NCBI RefSeq assembly: GCF_006345805.1 | Contig: NC_043004.1 | Span: forward strand, 23,312,001 to 23,376,000 | Length of the DNA: 64,000 nt | Origin: Octopus sinensis | Taxonomy: Eukaryota | Direction of reading: 5' to 3' | Shown: in pieces, positions 26,351 to 39,649 of the stretch | Layout of the letters: every line of letters starts with the position of its first letter | How positions within the stretch are numbered: position 1 is the first letter of the stretch | The notes under the pieces: model-generated | Database searches by the model: none | What the model saw: only the letters and a program-made list of their open reading frames with translations | Told to the model about the DNA's origin: nothing | Translations under genes and position numbers: made by a program

Positions 26351-27175
26351 ACGCTCCTGCTTTAGATATCTGATGAGATGTGTCCTTCCTACGTGCACAA
26401 GAAAACCTATGTCATAGGGAGCTAAGTTAAACAGTTATTCAGTACACGCACACCAACATACATGCATGTATGTATATATGTATATATATGTATGTATGCA
26501 TGTATGTTTGTGTGTTTGCATGAATATATGTGTGTGTAAGTAGGTAGGTAGGTATGTGTGTACATGCAAACACACACACACACATAGAGAGAGAGACAGA
26601 AAGACAGACAGCGACACAGAGAGAGACTGAGAGGGAGAGAGGGAAACAGGAAGGTTAAATATATGTATATCTTATATTTTATTTCTCCACCATGCAATAT
26701 AAATAACTCTTCAGTTGTTGATAATGGCATGCTGACAAAGAAAGTATAGGAAACAGGTTTTAAACTCATAGTGTTTCATCGTCTCTCATATAACCATTTG
26801 CTTGGTTTTATATTTTCATATACGGATCTACTGTCTCCACAAGTACCATTCTGCATCTAATATAACATTACCGATGTTGCATCACAAAGGGTTTTAGAGA
26901 ATACTTCATTAATACTCAGTTGCTTACCTTCTGGGACAAGCAAAAGCCACATAGGAGTACTGCTACGTACATCCAGTGGACGTGTGTGAGTATGTGTGTC
27001 AGTGTAAGAGTATGCATTTGTATACGCGTGCGAGCGCGCGCGAGCGTATGTTCGTGTGAGCATGTGTATGGGGCCGTGCGTGTGTATGAGTCTGGCACAT
27101 TATAAATGATTGAAAGGAAGGCACTTAAGCTTTCTTCAAAGCATATCTTCGGGAGAAGGTTATTCTGCATTAAGT

Positions 27176-27560
27176 GGAGGCGCAATGGCCCAGTGGTTAG
27201 GGCAGCGGACTCGCGGTCATAGGATCGCGATTTCGATTTCCAGACCGGGCGTTGTGAGTGTTTATTGAGCGAAAACACCTAAAAGCTCCACGAGGCTCCG
27301 GCAGGGGATGGTGGTGATCCCTGCTGTACTCTTTCACCATAACTTTCTCTCACTCTTACTTCCTATTTCTGTTGTACCTGTATTTCAAGGGGCCGGCCTT
27401 GTCACTCTCTGTGTCACGCTGAATAGCCCCGAGAACTACGTTAAGGGTGCACGTGTCAGTGGAGTGCTCAGCCACTTACACGTTAATTTCACGAGCAGGC
27501 TGTTCCGTTGATTCAGATCAACCGGAACCCTCATCGTCGTAACCGGCGGAGTGCTTCCCA
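27176..27560 (+). mobile_element. SINE family B, tail Y
   Basis: Head and body as at 3984. Tail tacctgtatttcaagggg...gagaactacgttaagggt...tcgtcgtaacc shared with family C. Confidence 0.85.
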
Positions 27561-28315
27561 ATTCTGCATTAAGACGCTTGTGACACTCGGTGTTTTGGTA
27601 TGCATAACCAAAAAGACCAAATTTTTTTCTTCTATGGAGAAACATTTACTGTAAGACCATCTCTGATTAGCTATTACACTTCAAACCCAACTATTCACAA
27701 TATTTGTCCCATCGGGCCGATGGATCGACTCCAAAGTCCTATCAGCTTGTATCACTTGGGCCGATCAATCGGCCTGGGTGTTCCAAGAGGGTTAAAACAT
27801 GTTGAGCAAACAAAAGTCTTGAGCAATTTGAAAAATTTTCAGAGACCGCGGACGAATATGATTCTCCCATATTCCCAATCTTTCGATTTTTATTGTCACC
27901 AGATATTTAACTGAGACTAGTCACGAATCATCTGAAAGGGTGGCGAGGGTCTATGAGGTGTTGTGCATTTTATTATTATTGGGCAAATTTTTCATGGACA
28001 TCGCTGACTTCATTCATTGATGGCCTCCCACGGACAATAGGAGCACAGTCAAGTGTATGTTTATGTACACGAGTGAACACCTGTGAATGTATCTATTTTA
28101 CATACATGCATGCATACATACGTACTTTCATATATGTATACACACGACACATACATACACACACACTCATACACACACACATACACACACACATTCGTTA
28201 TTAGCGACGAAAGCTGCATTCGTTCAAACTAGCATTCTGTGTATCTTACTTAACGTGGACATATGTGTGCGTGTATGTGAGTATATGTATTATCTCTCTC
28301 TCTCTCGCTCACTCG

Positions 28316-28346
<31 letters not shown>

Positions 28347-28549
28347 CATATGCGTGTGTATTACATATGTGCATGTAAATTTTATATCTATATTTATTGA
28401 TATACATATGTATATACACATAAATGTATGTATATACACACATATATGCACACGTATGTATACATATGTTTATACACACACATGCCTACATGCATACACA
28501 TACAGACACACACACGCATACACACACACACACACACACATACACACAT

Positions 28550-28581
<32 letters not shown>

Positions 28582-29109
28582 TCCAATTATTGATAATTTT
28601 CCCTTATGCTCTTCTGTTGAGTCACGTTCCTTAAATTCTTCGATTTCTCATCACAAAGCGAAAGTTCAATATACGTTGAGTGTGTGGACAGACACGAGAC
28701 AATCGATACCAAGATGTTAATGCGCTCTACTGTTGCTGATAATCTTCCCATTGAAATGATATAATCAATTGAAGAGAATGCGAGTAATATATATTGTATA
28801 TATTGATATTGGTGGCATTAAAATTAAAAAATAAGAAAGCGACGACTACTGTGAGATTCGAACTCATAAATTCACAATTAAATTCTGCAATATATATAAT
28901 CAATCGTTGTTTCACTGATTTTTCTTATTCTTAAGTATACTTTAGGTTAAATGTTAGGCAAATGATTAAAAGAAATGTTTGTTTGTTTGTTTTGTTTTTG
29001 TTTGTTTTGTGGGAGGGGTGTTTCTTTTGTGGGTGGCAGAATTATTAGGAATTCTGAAAGATGTATTTTTCATTAAGCGATAAGTTGGGAGTTACTTTTG
29101 ACTCACCCA

Positions 29110-29156
<47 letters not shown>

Positions 29157-29312
29157 ATTATATATATATATATACGTGTGTAGATGTGTGTATTTATCTA
29201 CATGTATAGATATAAATGTGTGTATATATAAGTATATGTTATATATATTGTATATACATACATATATATTCACACATGTAAAATATGTATATTTATATAG
29301 ATATAAGCATGC

Positions 29313-29389
<77 letters not shown>

Positions 29390-29392
<3 letters not shown>

Positions 29393-30227
29393 GGTGCGAT
29401 GGGTAAATTGTCGCCATTTTATATGTTTAAAATCGTACACGCACATTGTTTTTGATTTTGTATAGTAGGGTATGTTGGGCACCGTCTGTGAGAAATACAG
29501 AACCATGACGCAATTCACTCGGCCAGAAATTTTGAAACGACATGCTGTACTGCATGGCATTTGTGCCGGAAGCTCCAATCCGAACATTTCAGAATGTTTG
29601 GGTATCAATCTGATAACAATCAAACATCCAATCAACATGATAGTGTTTGGAGTGATCACTAGTGATGGTGACGTTATGCCTCTATTCATCTTCCCACACG
29701 GCCTCAGGCTCAACACGGAGACCCACATCAAGTACCTGGAGGAGGTAGCTCTGCCCTGGGTCAAGGGGGTGGCTGCTGGAAGACCCAGTGTCTGGCAACT
29801 GGACTCTGCACCATACCACGCAAGCAGAAGAACCCAGTCATGGCTGTCAGACAATTTCTGCGACCACATCACCACTAACATCTGGTCATCTAACACCTTA
29901 GACTTGATTATTATGTGTGGGACGCAGTTGAGCGAGAGACCAACGAAACACCTTGCAACACCAAAGATGAACTGAAGGCAACGATTATGGCAGCATTCTC
30001 CAACTTAAACAAGGAGACCGTCCAGAAGAGTTGCAAGAGATTCTGAAATTGTCTGGAGACCGTAGTTATAGCCAATGGCGATTTAATTGAAAAATTTTAC
30101 TATTTAGTATTTCAAGATATTTTTATGTAATTTTGGTAAAAATGTTAAAATAAGATGTCAGTGTTAACTTTTGTAATGTCAGTTTATCTTTTCGGAATTT
30201 AAACGACAGTTTATTTACCGCTCTCTG
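29390..30227 (+). mobile_element. Internally deleted maT/DD37D-like element
   Basis: TIR cagggtgcgatgggtaaattgtcg, TA flanks, ORF 29472-29975 with VFGVITSDGDVMP...WQLDSAPYH. Homologous and inverted relative to 19372-20189. Confidence 0.85.
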
Positions 30228-30251
30228 TACATACATAATCATACGCATATA

Positions 30252-30347
<96 letters not shown>

Positions 30348-30588
30348 GGGTTGGCCAAAAGTCATTTAACAGTAAATCAAAAGCCATTTAATTCCAAGAT
30401 TAGAACAAAAAAAATATTTTATATGAGACGTCGCTCATAAATAGACAATTGTTGAAAGAAAGACGGTGATTTTTAACTTGGCATTCTATGATTAAACATT
30501 CATAATCTGAATGAATAAATAAAATAGAATATTAAGTATTTATGGAGTTTTGATTTACAGTCGGATAACTTTTGGCCTTCCCTGTATG

Positions 30589-30648
<60 letters not shown>

Positions 30649-31217
30649 CACACAGGTCTGTGTTTGGGTAACTATGTTTGTGTGTGTGTGCGTGTGTCTT
30701 CTTCGCTATGAAATATCAGTTGTGTGATGCGGCCAGTGTTATAGATGAGTGCATGATAAACAAAGAAAGCCAGATTACAAAATCTCACCATCACCTTCCC
30801 TTAAAAGTCGGAAGATTGCATTTCTGCCAGATTTACAAACCATCAGATTACATTACCACTGTGCTTCCTTATTTACTTAGCAGCAACAAGGAATAACTAG
30901 CAATGCATAGCGCTTTAACTTGGTAATTGAAAAACAACAACAACAACAACAACAACCAAAGAAACTGTAATGACAACGACATTAGCGACAGCAACAACAA
31001 TAACAGCAGCAACGGCTGCAACAACAACAACAATGGTGGCGGTGGCGGCGGTGGTGACGGCGGCGGCGGAGATTATTTCAGCACCGAACGACAAGGAAAG
31101 ATATATTGCAAAGCAATCACATAGAGACACGCATACGTACACGTACGTGCATCTGTACATGCACCGACACGTGTACAGGCATGCATGCCCACGCTCAAAC
31201 ACTCTCACATATAGTCC

Positions 31218-31248
<31 letters not shown>

Positions 31249-31279
31249 GACACACGCGCTCACATACACATGCACACAC

Positions 31280-31281
31280 AG

Positions 31282-31344
<63 letters not shown>

Positions 31345-31635
31345 CAGACAGACACATGTATAGATAGACAGACAGACAGACACATGTATAGATAGATAGA
31401 CAGACAGACACATGTATAGATAGATAGACAGACAGACACATGTATAGATAGACAGACAGACAGACACATGTATAGATAGACAGACAGACAGACACATGTA
31501 TATATAGACAGACAGACACATGTATAGATAGACAGACAGACCGACACATGTATAGATAGATAGACAGACAGACACATGTATAGATAGACAGACAGACCGA
31601 CACATGTATAGATAGATAGACTGGCATACACATGT

Positions 31636-31672
<37 letters not shown>

Positions 31673-31685
31673 CAGATAGACAGAC

Positions 31686-31772
<87 letters not shown>

Positions 31773-31860
31773 CAGACACAGTCAGACAGATGGATAGATA
31801 GATAGACAGACAGTCAGACAGATGTATAGACAGATAGATAGATAGATTAGATAGATAGAC
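31280..31860. repeat. (GATA)/(GACA) higher-order repeat with cacatgta spacers
   Basis: Direct reading. Confidence 0.9.
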
Positions 31861-32047
31861 AGACATATGTAATAAAATAATGTTCGTAATATACATGCAT
31901 GCATTTATGTAAGATAGACAGAGGATATGTGTGTGTGTGTATATATACAGTTATGTGTGTGCGTGCGTATACGAACTGTTGCTGTTGTAAGCATGTATGT
32001 ATGTATGTATGTATGTGCATATGTATACTTATATCTATATGAGTGTA

Positions 32048-32088
<41 letters not shown>

Positions 32089-32588
32089 TTTTATACGTAT
32101 ATTTATGTGTATAGTATATATATATATATATATATATAAATACACACATATATATATATATGTATATATATGTATACGTATAATATAAATGTATATATAT
32201 GTATATATGCACATGTGTGTGCGTATATGCATATGCACATACATACATATATATATATATATTCATATAAATATATATACATATATGCATATGCACATAC
32301 ATATATATATATATATAAAACACACACACACACATATATACATCCATCTGTCTGTTTGCGTGTTTCGTGTATGTGCTTAGTACTGTTCTATTTCTTCCCT
32401 TCTCAAAGACATATTTGCAATTCCAAGAATCTATTGTAATGCTTCTGCAACGTTCACTTCATGCTTTCCTGTCAACACACCTGCTTGAAAATGCTTCATT
32501 CCTGAAAACCTCCATCATACTTTGCTTCTGTCCACACCTCTTTCTCCAACTAACCGTAGACACGATGTATGCTGGAAGTAATCAAACA

Positions 32589-32970
32589 TCTCTCTCTATA
32601 TAAACGGCAGTTTGTCTGTGTGTGTTTCTCTGTGTCTGTTTGGTTGTACCCTCACCCTGACCACGGCTTTCAACCGATTCTGATGAAACTTGACACACAC
32701 ATAGCCCAATGTCATAATTCAAAACTAACGCAGCGAAAATTTTGAAAAGTTGCCCCAGTTCTGAAAAAGATCGATAAATTCGACATGGGGTCGAGAATCA
32801 GAAACACAAACCACAGATGATCTAGGGGACGCAACTCGACCTTTTTAACTATCAAAAAAAATTTACCATCATTTTTTTCCCATTTTTTTGCTATTTTTTG
32901 GCTATAACTCTAAAAATGCTTTATAGTTATTTCCCTTACAAACCTGAGCAACGCCGGGCGATACTGCTAG
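32589..32970 (+). mobile_element. Non-autonomous Helitron
   Basis: A|TC start, ...gagcaacgccgggcgatactgCTAG|T end with a cgcc-g-ggcg hairpin. The 3' ~130 bp is shared with 22550-23189. Confidence 0.8.
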
Positions 32971-33172
32971 TCATATATAAAACATCGCAGGATACCAATT
33001 TATATTCTATCACGTTGTCCATATAAATAGTCTGTCCCTCTACATGGTCCATTCGGCCTGCTAGAACAAGCAGTCAAATATACCTCAAATCAGACGTGTT
33101 CACGTTTTATAGACGGAGAGATCGCCTATGATAATGTAGTTGCGTACTGACTTTGCCTAAGAAACAAATATA

Positions 33173-33739
33173 TTGGGTTGTCCGGAAAGTTCGTGCCGAT
33201 TTATAGTAGCTTACCTTTCGATATATTTTAGGACATGGTTGAGGCCATAAGATAGGATTTGACCTACACCTCCATTTAGAGCACTGTTTAAGCTATCATT
33301 TCGTGGAAGAAGGTTTATGCTCCTATAACCTGTGTTCATTCTGTAACCCTCTAAAATGGAAGATAAGAAAGTTCATTTTCGGCACTTGATGCTTTGGGAA
33401 CCAGACAAAAATTTCTGCAGCTCGGCTGGGATGTGTTACTCCACCCTCCATATTCACCAGGTGTTGCTCCTTCGGATTTCTACTTATTCAGGTCTCTGCA
33501 GAATAGTCTTAATGGTAAAAATTTCAATTCCTTGGATGACGTAAAAAGATACCTTCATTAATTCTTTGCCATGAAACCACCTCAATTCTGGGAAGAGGGT
33601 ATTTTCAAGTTAAGGGAAAGATGGAGACGCATTGTGCAACAAAATGGTTCATATTTGTTTGATTAAAAATGTAATGGCAAGTATCTATTGACCTTTTTCT
33701 TTCCTTTAAAAATCGACACGAACTTTCCGGACAACCCAA
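33173..33739 (+). mobile_element. Non-autonomous mariner (~570 bp, internal deletion)
   Basis: TA TSD, TIR ttgggttgtccggaaagttcgtgccgattt. MEDKKVHFRHLMLW fused to C-terminal PYSP...FWEEGIFKLRERW sequence. Confidence 0.9.
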
Positions 33740-34194
33740 TACTACCTCAAGAAAAAAATGGGATGGCCGTAGCTGGAATGTCAACTCAACAAGAGTTATT
33801 TTATTATTTGCCAGCCTATATCTCTTCGATACAGTCCGCTAAGAGAATTCAAAGTCGTAGAACTATTATTGTTGTTGTTGTTTTACCCCCAAATCAGCCA
33901 TGATCCAACAAACCTTGTTTTATAATTAAAGATGTTCTGGCCATGACCATCTTGACTTTTATGTATTGAGAACTTCATATTTTTATGAAATTTTCTACTT
34001 TCTAATGGGTGTTGTGAAGATTTGGTAACTACGCCTAGCAGCAAACTATGAACCCTTTGAACTGTGTATCTTTTAGTAAGGGAGAAAGAGAAGTATGTGA
34101 CTAGTCGGTCAGCAGTAACCACTTCAATTCCTCTTTTTGTACATAGACACAGTATGATTAATGAACCTGGTAGAAACAGCAGCTAAATAATCTC

Positions 34195-34563
34195 CATCAC
34201 ATAGTTCTGGGTTCAGTCACACTGCATGGCATCTTGGGCAAGTGTCTTCTACTATAGCATCGGGCCGACCAAAGCCTTGTGAGTGGATTTGGTAGACGGA
34301 AACTGAAAAGAAGCCCGTCGTATATATATATGTATGTGTGTGTATATGTTTGTGTGTCTGTGTTTGCCCCCACCCCCCAACATCACTTAACAACCGATGC
34401 TGGTGTGTTTACGCCCCCGTAACTTAGCGGTTCGGCAAAAGACTCCGATAGAATAAGTACTAGGCTTACAAAGAATAAGTCCTGGGGTCGATTTGCTCGA
34501 CTAAAGGCGGTGCTCCAGCATGGCCACAGTCAAATGACTGAAACAAGTAAAAGAGAAAAGAGA
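34195..34563 (+). mobile_element. SINE family A
   Basis: Family A body and tail. Confidence 0.88.
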
Positions 34564-34602
34564 ATATATTCATAGATAGATAGATAAATGGTTGGGTGGA
34601 TT

Positions 34603-34702
<100 letters not shown>

Positions 34703-35129
34703 CTAGACCGATGCACACGTACTTAGTCAGCACAATGTCAGTTCATCTAAGTGAAAAAGATATTTAATCACCGAAAGTGCACAATGACTCAACACAGTCC
34801 GTGCTGTCACTTTGCGTCTCTGTGAATTAAACAGACGGAAAGAACAGATCTCAAATATACCACAGAAAGAAATGTGGAATATTAAAGAATATCTGGAATG
34901 TGGGTTGGAGATGAGTGCGTATTTAAATGGACACACACACACATATATACTTATATATATCTACACGAACATACAAATGTAGGTGCATATAAATATATAT
35001 TCAGATATACGTATTTACAGAGAAATTCACATATATGCATAAATACATACAATTGTGTGTGTGTGTGTCTAAAGGGATATATATAGAGAGAGATATAGAT
35101 AAATATAAATGCGTATATGCGTATAAAGA

Positions 35130-35625
35130 CAGAGATAGAGAGATGGCCAGATAGAGAGAGAGATGGCCAGAGAGAGAGAGACAGAGAGACAGAGAGAGAG
35201 AGCCAGAGAGACAGAGAGACAGAGAGAGAGAGCCAGAGAGAGAAAGCCAGAGAGAGCCAGAAAGAGAGAGAGGGGGAGAGAGAGCCAGAGAGAGAGAGAG
35301 AGCCAGAGAGAGAAAGCAAGAGAGAGAGAGCCAGAGAGAGTGAGCCAGAGAGAGAGAGCCAGAGAGAGAGAGCCAGAGAGAGAGAGAGACAGAGAGAGAC
35401 AGAGAGAGAGACAGAGAGAGAGAGACAGAGAGAGAGAGCCAGAGAAGGAGAGCCAGAGAGAGAGAGCCAGAGAGCGAGAGCCAGAGAGAGAGAGACAGAG
35501 AGAGGGAGACAGAGAGAGAGCCAGAGAGAGAGAGAGAGCCAGAGAGAGAGAGGGAGCCAGAGAGAGACACAGAGAGAGCCAGAGCGAGAGAGCCAGAGCG
35601 AGAGAGCCAGAGAGAGACGACAACG
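35130..35625. repeat. Purine-rich (AG)nCC/(AG)nAC minisatellite
   Basis: Direct reading: agagagagcc and agagagac units. Confidence 0.92.
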
Positions 35626-35811
35626 ACGGCTAGAGATAATGTTTGATCTGCTTCAACAGTACGAAACCTTATGATTCTCCACGTTTCTATCTCTTTTAAT
35701 GTACTGACTGGTTTGCGGTTTTTTTTCATGAAAGTATAAACTACGTGTCTGTATTTGTTTGGGTAGGTAGATAGTCAGATAGATAGACAGACAGATATTA
35801 TATGTATGTAT

Positions 35812-36207
35812 TTTATCTTTTACTTGTTTCAGTCATTAGAATGCGGCCATGCTGGGACACTGCTTTGAAGAATTTTTAGCCGAATGAATCGACACCAATC
35901 CTTTTTGTTTTCTTTTTTAAAAGACTGGTAGTTATTCTATCGGTTTCTTTTGCTGAACGACTAAGTTACGGGAACGTAAACACACCAACACCGATTGACA
36001 GACACAAACACACATGAATACATATATATACATATATACGACGAGCTTCTTTCAGTTTCCTTCTACCAAATCCATTCACAAGTGTCTTCTACTATAACCC
36101 TAGGCTATAGTAGAAGACACTTGCCCGAGGTGCCATGCAGTGGGACCGAGCCCAGAACCATGTGACTGATAAGCAAGCTTCTTATCACACATTCACACCT
36201 GTGCCTA
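35812..36207 (-). mobile_element. SINE family A, older copy
   Basis: Reverse complement of family A. Confidence 0.82.
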
Positions 36208-37487
36208 TACGTATATATACTTTATAATATTATAGTTTTAAACTTGATTGTATCTTGTGACTTATCAAAACGAATATATATTACTAACCACCAACTTTTG
36301 TAATGGTACCAACCCCAAAGTTTGCCCTTTTGATTCCTACTTCCGAAGTACATAGTGTATAAATGCTTAGTAGAATATACTTTATTCTCATAAGGCATAA
36401 ACAGGATTTACTGCTAACTTTAAAACACAATTCAATTCTTATATACTGAGAAAAGAAACACAACGGTGTTGTCTGAGTACATGTGGAAACTTACGAACTA
36501 TGAACCCTTTGAACTGTGTTCGAGTATGTTTAAAAAGCTAAACCAATCGTAGTTAAATAAATAATAAGTTTTTTTTTACCACACCAGAACCGTTCGTACT
36601 CTTTTTGCCATGGAACTATTCAAAAGAAGTCGGAGAGAATAACATCACGTAACAAATTTCTTTTTTAAAGATGCCTACTCTATCAACTTACCTCTTATCT
36701 AGACAGATTTCTTTTGAACCTAGATGGATCCTTCTCCGATTTCGATAAACACTTCTCAAATAATTCAATATCGAATGTTTATATTGATGCTTTCCATGTA
36801 TTTCCTTCATCATTGATTATCTTTGTCCATTACTTTCCAAAATAGAACTCGAAATTGTATGTGTGACTGTGTGTGTATGTGAGTTTGTCTCTGCGTAGTG
36901 TGCGTGTAGCTTTGTCCTAAAAACATAGATCTCGTTACCTTACACTGCTTTAGGTAGTAATTCTACCATTAAATTTGAAAGTGATTGTGTACGAATGTAT
37001 AAGCATATGTGTGTGCGCATGCACACACGTATGTAATTTTCACTTATCCTAAACCAGTAACTATACTGAATAATCAAATTTTAGGGAGTTACACTGTAAT
37101 TATAAACCAGTTCTATATTTTTGCTCAGGTAAATGTATAATTCCGATTGCACCCATTAAGTTATTAACTTAATCTAATTTTGTCCGCACATTGTTTAAAA
37201 TCCGCTTTCGAATAGGGCTTTACTATAAGATATATTTCCAAGAATATCAGATCTAATTACCTCCTTTTGATCTCATGCTATTAAATATTCTTTTCTGCTT
37301 TTGCGTATTAATAATTAGATGATAATATCCTATGAGAATACTGTTTATTAACTAGATATAAATTATGAATATTGAGGTCTTATGAAAGTGATCGCTTATA
37401 AGCAGATGGATTTAAATATACCTTAATTAATGCCTTAATTAATGCCTTAATTAATGTAACAATAATCCTTTCGTCTAAATTAATAAT

Positions 37488-37545
<58 letters not shown>

Positions 37546-38029
37546 CTTTTACTACATATCTCTCCCTAGATATTCCTTACAGGTTTCTTGTACAGACTTC
37601 TTTACAGTTTTGTATCTAATATATTTTATCTGGTTTTGATTCTAATGAGGATTATTGAAACATAGTAATAATTTGAAGTGCACATTCAAGAAATTTGTCA
37701 ACCAACAATATTCTTCTCCTCTTTTAGTAATGAGGGAAGAACAATACCCATGAGCATGTTTTTGTTTTTTTTTTTACCTCTGAGATGGATGGGTTAGGAA
37801 GATATCCTCAAACCAGGGGTCTGGTCTAAATGCTTGCAACAGAATGGGCTCTACTAAAGGTATCAAAAAGACAGGTTGTGTTGTTAAACCAGGTGTCCCA
37901 AATATGTGGCGGGATTTGAATTCAGAACGCAAAGAACCAGAACAAATACGACGAGGCATCTCCTCCGATAATCTAACATTTCCACCAATCTATCACACAA
38001 ATATTAATATCAATTACTCCTATGCTTTC

Positions 38030-38720
38030 TAGCATCTTGGGCAGCAGCAAGATGATGCCACTGGTTTCTGCTGACCGTGGTTTTCTCTATATCTGGCCTT
38101 GTGATATTGGCCTCTCTCATGTAGATTATGAATGTTATGCGCCTTGTCGGTTGTGATCTTCTTAACTTTCTTTTCCTCTCTAAGGATGTCCATTTGAGAA
38201 CTGTTGTAGAACGACATTGTTCTGATAGCTGGACTATGTAATGATTCCACTAAGTGATTTTGCGTTGGCTTTTTTTTTTAATGCTTTCATTTGTTACGTG
38301 GTCTTGCCAGTAGGTTCTCAGAATCTTTTTTTAACCATCTTTGGCGGAACACATCTAACTCCCCGTCAATTTTGATAATGCTCTTCCATGTCTCTCTAGC
38401 ACAGACTATTGTTGGTTGAACTATACAATTATAGAGCCGGATTTTTGTGTATAAGCTGACGATATTAGAGAACCAGATAGCACACATTCTCTGGAATAGG
38501 GTCGCGGCTTTGTCAATTCTATGACGCTAACCAGATTAATGACAACAGCCTCGATATTTTGCTGATTGATCTTCTGGTTGTGGTTCATCACAGTCATCAT
38601 TTGTAATGGTCATTGTTTTGGTCTTCTCTACACTGATCCTCAAACCAGTCTCTCCAGTATTCTGTTCTAGTTCTGCTGTAAGCCTAGATAAGTACTTTAC
38701 GTATCAACTATGCAAGTAGA
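38030..38720 (-). mobile_element. RTE-clade LINE 3' fragment
   Basis: SLYTKIRLYNCIVQPTIVCARETW...LDVFRQRWLKK fits the RTE post-RT pattern KIRLY...V...LLY..ETW...L..F. Confidence 0.7.
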
Positions 38721-39535
38721 TTTATTCTAAAAATCTATGCACTGTAGATATAGTTTGCTAACTTGGATCATGTTTTTGCTGTCATTTCTTTTATATACGC
38801 AATACTCCTTTCGTTGAAAAATTTAAATAACATTTAAGTAGATACGTAATAGCAATTTTGTTATGGAACAGATATTTCTAAGCCTATGATTGAACAGTTA
38901 TAATTATTACATCCTCATGCATTACTTCAGGATATATTTTCTATGACAGAATTGATAAAACATTGCAAGACGTGATTTGTGGTTAGCAGATTAATTTAAA
39001 CAAAATGATTATCGACAAACTACAGCAGATCTAATGAATACTTGCTTCATATAATTTTGCAAGGAATTTAATACAGTAATTTAATTCATTACATACTATA
39101 TTTTATATTTTCTTTTTAAAACGAATATAATGGATACGTATCACTCATTATGTGTGTATTACCTGAAATGCTTATATTCACCGTTATTCTGTTCTTATAA
39201 AGAACTTTAAAGGTATGGTTTACATCCAATTAAACTAATATGGTAGATTCTTTGTAAATTTATAAGATCTATTCACCAGATCAACTATATTGTATCAATA
39301 ATCATGTTGTTTAACTTAACCACTAATCGCTGATCCCCTTTAGCAATTCATTCACCATTGAAACCATTGAAATATATCTATAGAAGCAACTTACAAGGAT
39401 GTAATAATTACGGCACTTAAATTTTTAACTCTTAAAATTTAAAATACGAGGGATTGAATTTGCCAATATTCAAAGTATAATCGTTTCTCTACAAAATTCT
39501 TCCATCTTTCGAAGTGGCCGTATCCAGTAAGATAC

Positions 39536-39583
<48 letters not shown>

Positions 39584-39585
39584 CA

Positions 39586-39618
<33 letters not shown>

Positions 39619-39649
39619 GTACATGCATACATACATACAGGCAGACAGA

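Noticed and set aside
26365-26415. CTGATGA...GAAA on the plus strand
   Set aside because: No closing pair for stem II and no stems I or III.
17831-32603. Dozens of Y/I/H/T/V/C/M-rich ORFs in the ORF track
   Set aside because: Products of (TA)n, (CA)n, (TATG)n and (GATA)n tracts, which lack stop codons in several frames.
35001-35729. ERERARE- and SLSLWL-type ORFs of 150-240 aa
   Set aside because: Translations of the (AG)nCC minisatellite on both strands.
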